Below are positions 44,220 to 64,000 of a stretch of DNA of 64,000 nucleotides, piece by piece (within the stretch, counting starts at the first letter, position 1; the number at the start of each line of letters is the position of its first letter). The stretch covers positions 441,259 to 505,258 of the forward strand of contig CAVNZM010000013.1 of NCBI GenBank assembly GCA_963693365.1, given 5' to 3'. The notes under the pieces are model-generated. The model was not told where the DNA came from, made no database searches, and saw only the letters and a program-made list of their open reading frames with translations. This stretch comes from Amoebidium appalachense. Lineage: Eukaryota > Protista > Ichthyosporea. The translations under genes were made by a program, and so were the position numbers.

Positions 44220-44610
44220 AAGTAGGCTACACATTCACTCGCAAAAAGGTTGTTATTGCAAAAATGCCGAAATCTGCAAAATTGAAAAATAGAGAAAATA
44301 GAAAAATAGAGAGCAACGTTGCAATGACATAATGCGATTATTTGTCTATATATCTCGTTTTATCCAGAAATTGTGAAAATACGACTGGGGAGATATGCAA
44401 AATTGAGAAAAAGGAAAAGCGGAAATAGCCAGATTGATTTGCTCATTTCGGAATGGGATACGAGAGGCCCGCAAACAGTAAATCTATCAGCTTTTGGTTT
44501 TCGGCCAGGAGCGTATTTTTTTTTTTCTTTTTCTTTTGACTGGATTTATTCAACGGAAAGATATGCAAGTATGCACGGCATACGGAGATGACAATAAAAA
44601 CTTCACGAAG
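44220..44610 (-). mobile_element. Diverged, uninterrupted copy of the family B 3' region (AATAAA, A-tract, downstream tail)
   Basis: 44520-44610 matches 35124-35205 inverted. 44433-44461 matches 35239-35267 inverted. 44220-44430 shares scattered motifs with 40197-40522 inverted. Confidence 0.65.
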
Positions 44611-44933
44611 CGTATTTTCATTTTTGGGGTCTAACGCGTCGGGAAATATTGACAACTGGAGAGAGGACATGAAGAAACTCATCCCCACCATAAACACAAG
44701 CATGCTCACAGACACGTGAATAGCGTGATGCGTCGTGAGATTTCACGGTGTAGTGCTCGCGAAACCTGTACGTTGCGGCCGCGATTGTGAAGAGGAAGGC
44801 AATAGGTCCCGTCGAAAATCACTTGGTATTTCCACATGAGGTCACCGGACGTTTTCGCCACCGACGCCACTTGGTTGAAATTCTGCGCCTCTTTTACCAA
44901 AGTCCTGAAACGGCCGGGGAAAAGAGAGAGGGG

Positions 44934-44967
<34 letters not shown>

Positions 44968-45022
44968 GGGAGGAGTGTGTGTGTGTGGGAGAGAGTTGGA
45001 GAGAGAGGGGGGGGGGGGGGGG

Positions 45023-45074
<52 letters not shown>

Positions 45075-45613
45075 AACATGTCAGCAAAAGTAAAACCAAC
45101 ATAAAAAACTAGGGATTGAAGAAATCACACTAATAAGAGCCTGGCCAGAGTTTGCTTGGGGGTGAGAAACTTTTGGCTTTCTGGCTGTGCAACCTTCAAT
45201 TGTGCTGTCATGCAAATGATCGTGTGTGCGTGAGAATACTTCTGGGAATGTAGAGAATGGAGAAGGACGGGGTTTGTGGGGAGACAGGTTGTTCATAGAG
45301 ATGTAAAGAGCGACACACACCAGTTGTACTTACAACAAACAAAAAAAGGCAACACACGCGCCCGGGCACACACAAACACACGCGCGCGCACGCGCACACA
45401 AACAACAACCCCATTAGGATCATCTCTCACCCTTGCGACAGGATCCGTAAGTCTTCTATTACTTACTTAAGCACTTACGCGTCTGTACAGGCACACACAC
45501 GCGCACATACACATACACACACACACAGAGAGAGAGAGGGGGGGGGGGAAGGGGGCAGGAGGGGAGGGAGGGAGAGAGGAGGAGAGAGAGAGAGACGTGC
45601 GTCAGCACAAGCA

Positions 45614-45679
<66 letters not shown>

Positions 45680-46317
45680 CACACACGAGATCTCCCTCCC
45701 TCGACCTACCTTAGCGCCTCTGCCATATCAGTAAAGTTCTTCGTTCTGGCACGCGCCAATCCCTCTCTCGCCGCCAATAACGGGTCACGTGCATTCTGCA
45801 ACATCACCAAAAGTCCCTCTCCACCGGGTGTAGTGGGTCAAAGTTCGTCTGGCAATAGACCACAGCAATTTCAGCTGGGTGTACATGAATTTATTTTAAC
45901 ACGCCGTTTGCTGAGATACAACCTGACACTGTATGTATCGACAAGACGGCACCCATGTACATTCTCAGCCGCGGACGTATACGTATGGAACAGCCGTTTT
46001 AGTAGACTTTGATATAGGCGTATGAACACGTAAAAATAACGTGCAATTAAATTTTAAAGAGACATCAACAGGCGTAGAAAGAGAGTGGCATCTATCACCC
46101 ATCACCAAAGTGTACGCAATAACAGTCATACTTGAACCGTGTATAGTAGCCCGGCTGTCTAATCAAAATCCACGCAGTTAAACGTTTGCTGTGTTGTGTT
46201 GCACCCCCAGTCGTGTCCCTAAATTTCATCAATGGACCCCTTTAAGTTACCACTATTTACATGATATACGAACCAGCAGCTTCCGTTGGTACACCGTCAA
46301 ACACCCTGAGACCCACC

Positions 46318-46348
<31 letters not shown>

Positions 46349-46398
46349 ACCTCTCTCCCCCTCTGCCCCCACCCCTCTCTCCCCCCTCCCTCCTTCCC

Positions 46399-46429
<31 letters not shown>

Positions 46430-47027
46430 AAAGAAAAAGAAAAAAAAAAAGAAAAAGAAAGAGAAAAGGAAAGGTGAGAAGAGAAAAGAAAAAGAAAAAG
46501 AAAACAGCCCTCCACCCCGCCACCCACACGGGCACAGACAGACATGCACAGACACAAACACAGACACGTACACAAGCACACACCATGTCACACATACCCA
46601 TCGCGCTAGCCAACCCGCTACACCCTAACCAAATCGATTTTCGTTCAACCAAGTGGCTGAATAAAAGATGAATGATAATGGCAACTTAATCGTTGTAGAT
46701 ACTTATAAAACTAAAAGCATTTATATCTAGCTACCGGCATATCTAGTCCACCAAAATCCTTAGCCAGAAGCAAACGTGCATAGATATTATTACATACACA
46801 CACACACAGCTGTGCGCATGCAAAAACCTAATTCCTGCCTGATCCGACACGTTGCCGATGAGTTATGTACAGACATCATAACATAACCATGTATGGCCAA
46901 ATAATGAACACACTCACATTCCAACCCCAATCCCACACAACCACGATCTATGCAAACGGGAAGGGGGACTCTATAGGGAAAGGAGGAAAAGACATCGTAA
47001 GAAAGAACAGTCGGTTTTATCTTTCTT

Positions 47028-50000
47028 CTATGTGGACGAGTCCTTATCCCACGACGTAGATAGTAATTCCATCATATCTCCAATCTGGTGTTCCAACCAC
47101 TCTGGGTCGTCAAAATCCACAGGTTCAAAAGGACCCCCCTCCCTTTCCGCATCCGTGATAGCCGAAATTTCATCGCCCTGGCCTTTTTCCTTCACGCTGA
47201 AATCTGCCGTGCTGATACCACACGCGGGTTCCGCGAATTTCTGTGATAAGCCCCCACCTTGCATATTTCCTCTACCGGATTCACCGGAAAGCACCCCGGC
47301 CTCGGCCATTTTCCCACCCGCTTGCATTTGACCTCTCACCCCACCAACGCTAACGCCTCCACCACCGCCCTTTTCATTCATACCAGAAATGTTTCCCATT
47401 TGGTTCACACTTTCACTCTTTCCAACCCCCGTTTTCCCGCTGCAAAATTCCTTTCCCAGGTTTCCACCTTCCTCTTTAGACCCCATACGCTTAATTTTCG
47501 CGAGATTCTCCCTCCATCGCGCCCAAACCGATTTGTTTTTCTTTTCTTCCTCCTGTATGGCAGTGCCCACACCCAGAGACTCGTCCTTATTTCCCGTTTT
47601 TTCCTTTTCGTTTTCCGTTCCCGATCCCAAAATCGCTTTCCGTGCGATATCCCACGCTTCGTCGATCATATCCCCTTCATCCGAGTACATTTTCCCCGGC
47701 TTTATTCCCTGAATTTCCCAATTGTCCCCCGATTCCATTATCACTTCCTCTACTTCCCCTTCACCCACCATTTCGGCCATGGGACGCGGATAACGAGAAA
47801 CCCCCGTATATTGGGAATTGGTTTCCGTTTCCGGGTAGACAGCAGGTTGAACATTCACCATATTCGACGGTTCAAAACCCTCGGGTTGATTTTCAAAATT
47901 CCCGAAGTTTCCGGGAGCGGGTCCAAAAGATCCCCCTATTCCGAGCCCCAGCTGCCCAAAAAGTTCCGCATGTGCCGCATAATTCTCCCTTCCGATTGGC
48001 TGGCCGGTTGACCAACCAGTGATTTTCTCCCCCTGTGTTCCATAGATCCCCTCATAGGGGGTTTGGGGAATATCGTTCTGTGGTTGCTCCTGCGTAGCGA
48101 CTGAAAGCCCTGGCATTGGCTGGGAATAATCGGTAAGATCCCCCCTTGGCGCGAAATTCCCAGCCATTTCCGGCGCAAAATTCTGAGGAGAGAATGTGGG
48201 CGCTTGCGGCTGGGGTTGGTAATCGTACGTCAGGGCGGGTGAAGTCTGTGGAATTTGAAGGGCGGGAAGAGAAGCGAAACCGTAATTCCCGATAACGAAA
48301 TTTCCTTGCTGGAGCTCTAGTCCGTGAATGCGGGTGTCGTATTGAAAGGGGGATTCTTGGGGTGGGGCCGATGGGGGGAGGGGGATAGGGCATGGGAAAG
48401 GAGGAAAAGGAAAAAGGGGTTTGTAGGAACGTGGTGGTGGGGACGGCTGGCATTGATAAGTCCATTCCGTAATTTAAAAACGTTTGATCGTTATTCTGTA
48501 CTTGCCCATCCATAACTGAAGGACTCCTTCCGGAATCCAAAGTCGAGCTTCCCGTATTCTTCTGTTTTCCGGTTTGGGGCGCCGAGCTTGGGGTTGGCTG
48601 GTCGATCGACATGGCCGTTTCGTTGTCTTCGATTACCGTTGGGAGAACGGCGTAGGAAGAAGGTGCGCTCAAACTCTGCACAACCTCGTTTTCCGCATCT
48701 TTTCCCGGTGATTTTGGCGGCCTGAGAAGAGGGGACGGGGTGCAATGCTCCTGTGACTTTTTTACTTTCCCGTGTTTTGGCTCCTTTTTCGCTTTTGGAG
48801 TCGCGGGTTGAGTCGACAGAGGGGATTTTTCAGGCACGTGGGGTATTGAAATTGCTCGTGGGGGGATCGGTGGTGGAGGGTGTGTCGGGAGAGGTTGGGT
48901 AAAACCCGGGGACGGAAACCGGGGTGTGAAAATCGGACGGGCGGAACGAGGGGAACCCCTGGTCGGGAGGAGGGTAGGGGGCACGATCGTTTTCAGAGTC
49001 AACGAAGTCGAATTGGGGACCGTACGCGTCTTCGGGGATGTCATGTATCGTTGCATGTGGGGGGGGATGGGGACCATGGGTTGCATGCCCCACTCGACTT
49101 CTCTCTCCTTTTCCTTCTCAACTTTTCCTTCCGAATCATCGTTCGCACCTTCCCCTTTTTCCTTTTCTTTCTCTCCGGTCCCGCTTTCCGTTCCTTGCAT
49201 TCCCCCAAATTCCGCGTTCTCGCTAGATTTCTCCCCAATTTTCGGTGATTTTTGCGCAAACATCACGCCTGCTGCGTCCGCGGTAACATCATCACCCTTC
49301 CTCCCCTCAATCTTTCTCGATTGTTCCCTATCTCCCCCTCCACCCTCGATTGTTACTCTAACCGTTGGAACCCCCACGAATCTCTGCCCGGGCTGGGTTG
49401 GGTGCTTTAGCGGTGATAAACCCCCCTTCCATTTCTCCGTTTCTTCTCTCCCCAAACTCCCCAATTCCCTCTTTTGGACGGGAATACCACCACCACTGCC
49501 GTCAAATTTCGCTCCAACCCCACCTATTCCCTTTGCTACATTTCCCCCAAGCCCCCCCTCCTCTACCTCTCCCATTTCAATATCACCCTCCATATCCCCG
49601 CCCAATCCATTCACTCTTCTTCCCTTCACCTCTTCCGCAACCCCCTTCCCAACTCCTTCCTCCGAAATCTCCTTCATCCCCTCGAACCCCCTCTCAGCCT
49701 CCTCCAAAAACCCCCTCCTCTGCGAAATTAACGTATCATGCGACCCGTGTAATTTACTTTTTCCGACCACCAGCGGGGGTCTACCCCTCGCCCTGGCCGG
49801 GGACGGAGAGCGGGAGTGGCTCATGGGGGCGTTTCCATCGGCTTCTACGACACCGAGATAGACTTTTGCGTGGGGAGGGAAATCGTCAGCGAATTCCTCT
49901 CTGGGAATGACCACGCCGCGGCGCATGGAAAGATGGATGTTGTGGCGTTGGGAGAGATGGTGTTGGAGAGAACGCCACTCTGCAAACCTAAAAAGAGAAA

Positions 50001-50301
50001 GAAAAAAAATAATTAGCTCGAAAATATCTCTAATTATTGCATACTTGATGGTGATGGGGAGAGAGCGTGTGAGCGCGCGGGGAAGAGGGGAAGAGGGGGG
50101 GAGGGGGAGGGGGAGGGGGGGGGGGGGGGGGTGATTATGTGAGCGAGGGAGTGAGTACGTGACAGAGAGATTGTGCGTGGGTCTCTAAGCTAGAGAGTAT
50201 CGAGAATGGCCTGGGGCATGGATGTGTGAGTGTGTGTGTCTATGTATATGTGTTAAAACTAACAAAAAAACTTGGGAGAAGGAGACACAGGGGGAAGGCG
50301 G

Positions 50302-50342
<41 letters not shown>

Positions 50343-50482
50343 CTGGCAAATAAGATATCCCTCATACTACCACAAGGAGAGCACTTTCTACGCCTTGTGT
50401 CTGCGTGAGAGTGTGCATGTGTGCACGTTGTGTATGCATGCATGCCTCATGTGTGTCTGCATATGTGCCCTCGAGGTGCGGC

Positions 50483-50530
<48 letters not shown>

Positions 50531-51006
50531 CGTGTGTGCGTGTGTTAAGGGGGGGGGGGGGGAGGGGGGGATGCCGTGAAAAAGATGAGAGGGATTTCAC
50601 GGGATCCACAAAAGGGAATTAATTAGAGGTGAAAAGAGCTAACTGAAAATGGAAAGCAGGGAAGTGGGGGCAGGGGGGGGGGGGGGGGGGGGGGGAGGGG
50701 AGAGGGGGGAGGGGGGAAGATTTGGGGTGGTCTGGTAACGGAGACAGAGACCCGGAGGGTAGGGGTGAGCAGAGGAAGAGGAGGGGAGCGGAGGGGGGGA
50801 GCGGCCCGAATGGCATTTCATTATAATCCCGTAATGATCCGGTAACTTATGGGCCGAAAGTGTGAAAGAAAACGAAAAGAATATTTGGGGGTGAGGGTGA
50901 AGCAATTCTAACAGATCAGACGGAGTATAGTATAGAATGACAGGTCAGTGTCTTCAAAGTAACATGCAGCACGTGCCGTTGTGTGAGGTGTGTGCATGTG
51001 TGTACT

Positions 51007-51056
<50 letters not shown>

Positions 51057-51929
51057 CGTGTGTGTGTGTGTGTGTGTGTATGTGGACCCGTGTGTGTGTG
51101 GACGCGTGCGTCGAGCGTGCGTATGTGTGCATGCACGTGCGTGCGTGTGCTTTTGTGCCTGGGTGTGTGTGTGTTCGCACTTGCAGGCATGCATTCCAAA
51201 AGTGTGGGTACGAATCATTTGAGGCTGTGTAAGCACATCAATGACATTCCTATCTCTTTTCTTCTTCTTCTTTTTTCCTTTGCGTAAATGGGAGGCCACT
51301 GACGGAATGGATGAGGAGGGGTGTGCTTGTGCAAGGGGAGGAGTGATGTTGACGGAAGACACAAGAACATGATTTTTTTCTATAGACGGATTTGCAGGCA
51401 GAAGCCCAAATTTTTTGTAATAAAACCACAACAAAAAAAAAAAAAAAAAAAAAAAACTTTGAAGGAAAAAAAAAAAAAAAAAAAAAAAGAAAAAGAGAAA
51501 AGAAAAAGAGAAAAAAAGCCTGTATAAATCATGCTTGCATCAGTGGTGTACAAGTAGTGCTCGAACTGCCAAACGCAGGCGCACCACTCGTGTGTTGGGG
51601 TGTGTGCTGACGTGAACAGAGAGAGAATTGGGGGGCCCGGGGGGGAGGGGGAGGGAGGCGGATGGGGGGGGGGGGGGGGGGGGATGGGGGGGGGGAGAGA
51701 GAGAGAGAGAGAGAGGGAGGAGGGGTGCATGCCTTCTTCCACATCCTTCCTCCTGGCAAAAATGGTTCCTATTCAGCTGGCTGAAGAGACGACGTCTCCT
51801 CTTGGGCAGTTGAGGAGACGGGGCCGGGGAACTCGAAGAGGATACAGACCCACCATAGTTGCCTCCCCCACGTGGAAATAGGCTGTGCCCAAGAGGACGG
51901 GTCCCAAAATCCCACGAGTGACTGTTCAT
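47028..51929 (-). CDS. Putative C2H2 zinc-finger protein with a ~3-kb disordered terminal exon (about 49987-47028). Small upstream exons uncertain
   Basis: The 624-aa and 379-aa ORFs join through a slip near 48370. The terminal exon begins [15 protein letters not shown] after a clean acceptor. KCSPCG at about 50370-50390 and [10 protein letters not shown] at about 51735-51765 look like finger halves, but some junctions are non-canonical as written. Confidence 0.55.
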
Positions 51930-52940
51930 GACCTTGGTAGAAGTTTGAAGTTGAAGAGGGAATTATATTATGTGTGACGAAGGAAGTTTTTGAAGGAGGA
52001 ATGAAAAGTAGAAGCAGGAGAGAAAAGATAACAATGCCTTGTTGTTTGTATGTTGCAAGAAGGTGGCTCACTCACCCAAATATACCTGAGGGTATGATTT
52101 TGTACCACAGGTCTGAACTAGTTGCCTGGAAAACTCTAAACAGCTCATGTATGTTATGTTTTGCTTTTGGGTTCCCCTTTTGACCAGAGACTTCGTATTT
52201 CGAATTCGTTCCTCTATTCGTTCCGTCTTTTTTCCCTCACATACACACCACACACACTCAGAGCTCTCTCCTACTAATCTCTCTCATTTTTTCTCGTCAT
52301 CACTCGCCAAGGTTTTTTCTCTTTTCTTTGTAAAAACGTGACGTTTTCTTCTTTACACGTCACGTGTTAGGTGCGCGTGTACTGCTTCGCGCGGCCAACC
52401 GCGAGCTATCCGGGCCCGGCAAGGCCGGGCTTGGTGCTGAGTCCGGCCGTGTAAGGTACTACGGCCGTGTGTGCGGTGCTTATGTAATCTAAGAAGCCGG
52501 CATTCAATGCGCATGATTTTATGTGATCCCTTTTCCCATCATTACGGCGTCGTTCCGTGGCGCTAGCCGGGACTAGCCCCTGACTACTTCATGTGGCGCT
52601 TGTTTCCAGCTTTGCTTATTTCATTTCATTATTCTTAGCTACAATCGGTTATGATTTATTGTATTGTAGGACCTGGTCAGCAGTAAAGACTTCGCCGGCC
52701 GGTCCGGGCCGGACCGGGTGGGTGTTGACCTGTTTGACCAATCAAAAAAGTGCTTTAAAGTTTATCACCTTTTGAGCGAGAAAAGCGCTGATTGGTCCTT
52801 TTTAAAGTTTTGGCGGCATTCCTAGATTCCAGTGATTCCAGGCGTGACTTCGTGACGGTGCCATACAGAGCAGAGCTGCGAGCAAGTCACGTTGAAAGTT
52901 GTGTGTGTGTGTTTTTCAGTATACGGTACAGTGGGCAAGA

Positions 52941-58989
<6,049 letters not shown>

Positions 58990-59202
58990 GAAAGTGTGAA
59001 CGGAGATTGAGTAGGTGTGTCTAGAAGAATGTTTCAGGGTGTAGGGGTGGTCGCTGAGCTTACAATCGTAAATGTATAAGTATTATGTGCTAATGAAGTG
59101 ATTTTGTTGTAAGTATTTAAAATGGAACACAAAAAATCCGAAACGTGACATATCACATTGGATCTGTCTGTGGTAAGGACCTTCGAGGGTACATTTCTCT
59201 TT

Positions 59203-59299
<97 letters not shown>

Positions 59300-59540
59300 T
59301 TGTTTTTGTGTGTGTGTGTGGGGGGGGGGGGGGGGGGAGGGAGGGGGGAGGGGGAGGAGGGGGGGGGGGGGGAGAGGGGAGGGGAGGGGGGAGGGGGGAG
59401 GGGGGAAGGGAGGGGAAGGGGGGGGGGGGAGGGGGAGGGGGAAAGGGGAAGGGAGGGGAGGTGGGGAGGAAGGGAGGGGGGGGAGGGGGGTCCTGATTCA
59501 TTTGATTCTGTCTTTTCTTTCATTTTCCTTTTCTTGGTGC

Positions 59541-59577
<37 letters not shown>

Positions 59578-59688
59578 GGGAGAACACGACTTGGGGAGGT
59601 GAGGCTAAAGTAATTTTTTTTGTTGGGGGGCGGGGGGGGGGGGGGGGGGGGGGGGAGGGGAGAGGGGGTCCCGGAGGAGGGGGGAGAT

Positions 59689-59998
59689 GGCCATTCCCCG
59701 GACGAGTTCAGTGATAGGATGGGAGGTAGGGACAGGAAGGCATTTAGGTGTGAAAATGGAAGGAGGGAAGGAGGGAGCGTGGAGGCCTAGGAGGGACGGG
59801 GACTCCTTTTTTTTTTTTTTTTTTTGTGGGGGGGGGGGGGGGGGGGGAAGGGGGGGAGGGGGGGAGGGAGGGGGGAGAGGGCCATTCCCCGGACGAGCTC
59901 AGTGTAGGGATGTGAGGTAGGGACAGAGAGTCAGGGAGGTGTGAAAGTGGAAGGAGGGAGGGAGGGAGCGTGGAGGAGGGAATAGTAGGGACGGGGAT
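59689..59998. repeat. Two-copy tandem duplication, period about 190 bp
   Basis: GGCCATTCCCCGGACGAG(T/C)TCAGTG...GAGGTAGGGACAG...GGAGCGTGGAGG...AGGGACGGGGA at about 59689 and 59880. Confidence 0.8.
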
Positions 59999-61597
59999 TG
60001 GGGGAGCGATGAGAGGTTAGGGTTGAGTGGCGTGTGAGCCCGTGAGGGCATGTCGCATGCAACTGTATGTATAATTATCTGTCGAGGCACAGTTGTGTGT
60101 CGACACGCATGTGCGTGCAGGTATTGCACCTGGCAGATATACATTCCGGTGGGCATTCGGTCTTATATACACAATATCCTTACTAGTGCGAAACACAAAT
60201 TTGGCATAACATATAACAAGCTCATGCACAGCACATACGCACAATTGGCAATACACCTCGGGGAGCAGTTGAATTTACGTGGTCGTTGTTGTTGCATGTG
60301 CAGAAGTGATGATTCAGTTACTAAGTCTATCTGTAATTGAAGATGTCAGTGATAACGTTCACTGAGCCATTGAAAAGTGATAGGCTTTTGCTCCCGGCGG
60401 GGGACTCGAGAGGGAGGGGAGGGGGGGGGGGGGGGGGGGGGGTTCAAAACTGTGTAAATGTCCCTTTTTAACCATCGGTGTAAACAACGCACATAATTAT
60501 AGGACGCGCCTACATGTTATCTGGCTTCATGCCAAACAGCGCAACGTGCCGAGTCAGCGGACACGGCCGTCGAGCGTCGCCGACTGAGTTCAGCGCGCTG
60601 GGGTTGGGGCCTGCCCCAACCGGCCATTGAATCAAGCAATTGAAGCAAGCGGACAGCCAATCAGAGATGTGGTGCTCTCCCTACTAATCACATTGTTAGT
60701 TTTGTAGATGATAATAACCAAATGTGGCTTTTTGTATTCTGGAGTACCCAATCACATCTAAATATCAACAACAACCAATCATATATGTTTGAATAGATCT
60801 GAATATATTCCGTCAATAAAGCCATCTGCCAATCCCGGACACGCCACCGTGCGTTTTATGGTGTCACGAGCGGTTGCGGGGAAGGCGGCGCAAAGAGGGA
60901 CAAACAAAAGAAAAAAAGAGGTTCTGTTGATACTTAAAAAGACGGGTAAATTAATATGACGTTATTTGTTTTATAATGGATGTTGCTGAAAAGCCGAATT
61001 GTCTTCTCACTCTCCTGATTATAGTCTTTGAATTCTGAACCGTCTATTTGTGCACGTCGGAATTGTTTGTTGTTCGCGGCATAGAACCCGGCATGCGCAA
61101 AAGCAGGAGCAATTTGCGTGCCTCGAAATACCGCGTGGTACACCCCAGCCCTAAGGGGGTATAAAAGCGGCTTGCTAGCGCACTCAGAGCGCTCTTTCAC
61201 TCACATAGCCGACAAACATGTTATAACATGTTATTATAATAGACTTTGAACGAACCGGTGCCTATACACGAATGATAGACATAGCGTGGATCATGAGTCG
61301 CTATGACACCTTCATGTGATCACATGCAACTTGTTTATAAACATAGCAACTAACGACATATGAAACGCTTAAGGTTGAGGCAGTGATTCTCCACAATACA
61401 TTTACTTATATTAAGAATTTATTTAAATGGGGTTTTCTCACGTTGCGCACCACATCCACGGAGCATTTGATTCTCGCTTCCCAATTATATCCGTTATAAC
61501 AATATTACATTAGCTTCGAAAGATTTTGGTTTTTCCCAATCCCAACACAGTGCTAGGCTCCAGAATTAATACTGATTTCGTGCTGTGGATCATCACA

Positions 61598-62225
61598 ATG
61601 TCTTTGTTGACCACATTTGTTGCCTTGTCGCCCCTACTTCTGGCGGCGCAGGCAGGGGGTGTCACTGAAACCAACCAGACAAACAGCACAACATTAACCC
61701 GTCCAGTCCTGCAAACACCGACCACGTGGCTGGAACATGCAGATGCCCTGTGTGCTGCAAACCCGGTATGGTCCGTAAAGTTTTTAGCTCAAATCTTCAA
61801 AATCGGATTATGGTTCAAAGGGTTAAACGGGAAGGGCAGGAAGGGGGGAGGAGGGCAGGGCAAAGGGGTGTAAAAAGCACCACTGTGTATGGTGGTGGCC
61901 ACAGGGAATACAAAATGAGGCCGGTTGTGTTGAATCCGAACGCTAACCGCGGAATTGGGTGGAGGGTTGTGGACGGTGGGCAAAAAACCTAATGCATGAC
62001 CCAGAGGGAATTGATTGTGGATTGGACAACGGAGGGGGGAACTTCATGGGGGCAAGACAGGGGGGACTCGAGAGGGAGGGGGGGGGGGGGGGGGGGGGGG
62101 GGGGAAGGGGGGGAGGGAGGGGGGGGGGGGATTCATGTGGATTGGACAAGAGAGGACGGGCATTTCATGGGGGCAAGGCAGGGGGATGGGGGAGGGGAGG
62201 GGGGGAAGTGGGGCTGGGGGGTTTT

Positions 62226-62278
<53 letters not shown>

Positions 62279-63711
62279 CTTGCGGGCCTGCAATTACCTA
62301 ATAAATGCACCGTATGCACAGGTAATATACTATCACTGATCTTTTCCGAAGTTTTTTTTTCTATTTTTTATTTTTTTAATTTTTTTATTTTGTTCTTTTT
62401 TTTTTTTTTTTTTTAAAGGGGGGGGGGGGGGGGGGGGGGGGGGAGAAGGTGGAGGGTATACTATGCCATTGCTGCTTAGAAGCACTGTGCCTCTGAGCAC
62501 ATTTCGGCATAAAACAGAAAGCAAAATGGTGAGTTCACAATAACTACATATAATATATATTGGTTAGCTTGATTTGAACTCATCATAATACGATAACTGA
62601 TATCCTTGAGCATATTTCCTTAAGACTCTCATGGTTTATCATGCGACACCATATCCACAGGCGTGCTAGCGCTTCAGCTCCAACCAACCCTTCGTTTAGA
62701 CTTAAAACAGAGATAATATAGTAAGGCCACTGCACCAAAAAAAAAAAAAAAAAAAAAAAAAAGGGATGTATTTAAAATTCACAATAGGATATCTGATACA
62801 TCATGATAACAAACTATTAAACATAACATGGCTTCCCATAACACTCACACTTTGAATCAATTTATAACCATATCTTCATCGACAGGCGTGCTGCGGTTCC
62901 AACCAACCCATCGTCTATGCGTACCAACGAGACACATACAAAAATCTAGGCCCCATTTCCAGTTTTACCACCGCCTCCCAAAGCATACAACAAACAGCTC
63001 GTTTCTTCCGTGTCGTAAGAAAAGGCACAGATCCAGGGGAGGAAAGGCCGCCCAACGGTACACAGAGGGTGATTGTGTGGAATCCTTACGGCATGGGCCC
63101 GGAAGGGTCTTTTGGTTCTGAATTGGTGAAGGCTATGATGGTGCGTGTGTTTCCCCCCCCCCCCCCCCCCCCCCCCCCACAAACACACACACACACACAC
63201 ATACACACACACACATCTCCTCTCCCCCTCACAACCCACGCCTCCTCTCACAGGCCCCCCCCCTCCCCCCCTCCCCCCCCCCCCCCAAAAAAAACACCCC
63301 CTCACCCCCATCTCCACACTTGCCCCCCGCCAATTTGCACGTCACCCTTCCTCATATCTCTTCCCCACCCCCCTCCGGGACCCTCCCCCCCCCCTCCCCC
63401 TCCGGGACCCCCTCCCCCTCCCTACCCCGCTCCTAAAAAAAAACACCCCTCTATTCCTGCGCTCCTTGCAAGATGGTTATAAGGAGTTTTGGTTAAAAAC
63501 GCCATCTTGATAATGTCTACCCAGTCGTATTTTACGACACAGAAACACCCAAAAATGGACCCAAATTTCAAACCATACATCTACATGTGGCCATGTACAC
63601 ACAATTTTCAGAATCAACCCCCCCCCCCCCTCCCCAGTCCTCTAAATTCGAACCGCCCCTGGCCCTTCTCTCTTAAAACAAACACACACCGTTATAAAGT
63701 GTTTCTCCCAT

Positions 63712-63792
<81 letters not shown>

Positions 63793-63836
63793 AGGAGTAT
63801 TGCTGCCTCTTAAGCACACCGACAGACAATGGGGAG
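61598..63836 (+). CDS. Predicted secreted protein of unknown function, 5' exons 61598-61765, 62886-63140, 63795-63836. Continues beyond the window
   Basis: Signal-peptide-like MSLLTTFVALSPLLLAAQA, N-glycosylation sequons, Cys pairs, three phase-0 GT-AG exons with no stops. Confidence 0.7.
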
Positions 63837-64000
63837 GTACCCACCTTTGTGGGTGATGTGTGGACAAAGTCGTGGGCACAGACTGGCGACTACAACCCAA
63901 ACGTACTAGCACCCCCCTCTCCCCCCTCCCTCCAACCCTCCCCCCCCTACTCCCCCCTCCCCCTTCACTCCCTGTCCCTTCAAACCACTCACATTCCACA

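Noticed and set aside
52385-52720. GC-rich palindromes as an ncRNA or Helitron end
   Set aside because: Short hairpins in the divergent promoter region with no diagnostic termini or family motif.
60934-61200. 88-aa minus-strand ORF
   Set aside because: No recognisable motif or splice support, and a non-ATG start.

Overview
Intron-rich eukaryotic DNA with long poly-C/poly-G and (CA)n/(GT)n tracts in most introns. The tropomyosin and gene content suggest an opisthokont, perhaps a unicellular holozoan (inference). Most ORF-track entries are low-complexity artefacts. Spliced genes I could reconstruct: an amidase (3' part), a short-chain dehydrogenase, a 13-exon low-complexity protein with UBAP2L-like and PAM2-like motifs, a 161-aa tropomyosin, a disrupted membrane-protein gene, a putative C2H2 zinc-finger gene, a pRiA4b-ORF3/MYND gene and the 5' part of a secreted protein. 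The most striking region is a nested non-LTR retrotransposon cluster at 33.0-40.5 kb. A full-length LINE (ORF1 + APE + RT, 35273-40196, minus strand) is bounded by a 13-bp direct repeat (AAATCAATATGGG). That boundary puts its 3' end about 196 bp beyond an internal poly(A) tract, and a separate 5'-truncated copy with its own 8-bp duplication ends at the same point. Both copies lie inside a second LINE family. Several genes also carry tandem duplications of their own splice junctions. Many single-base frameshifts fall in homopolymers and are probably assembly errors.
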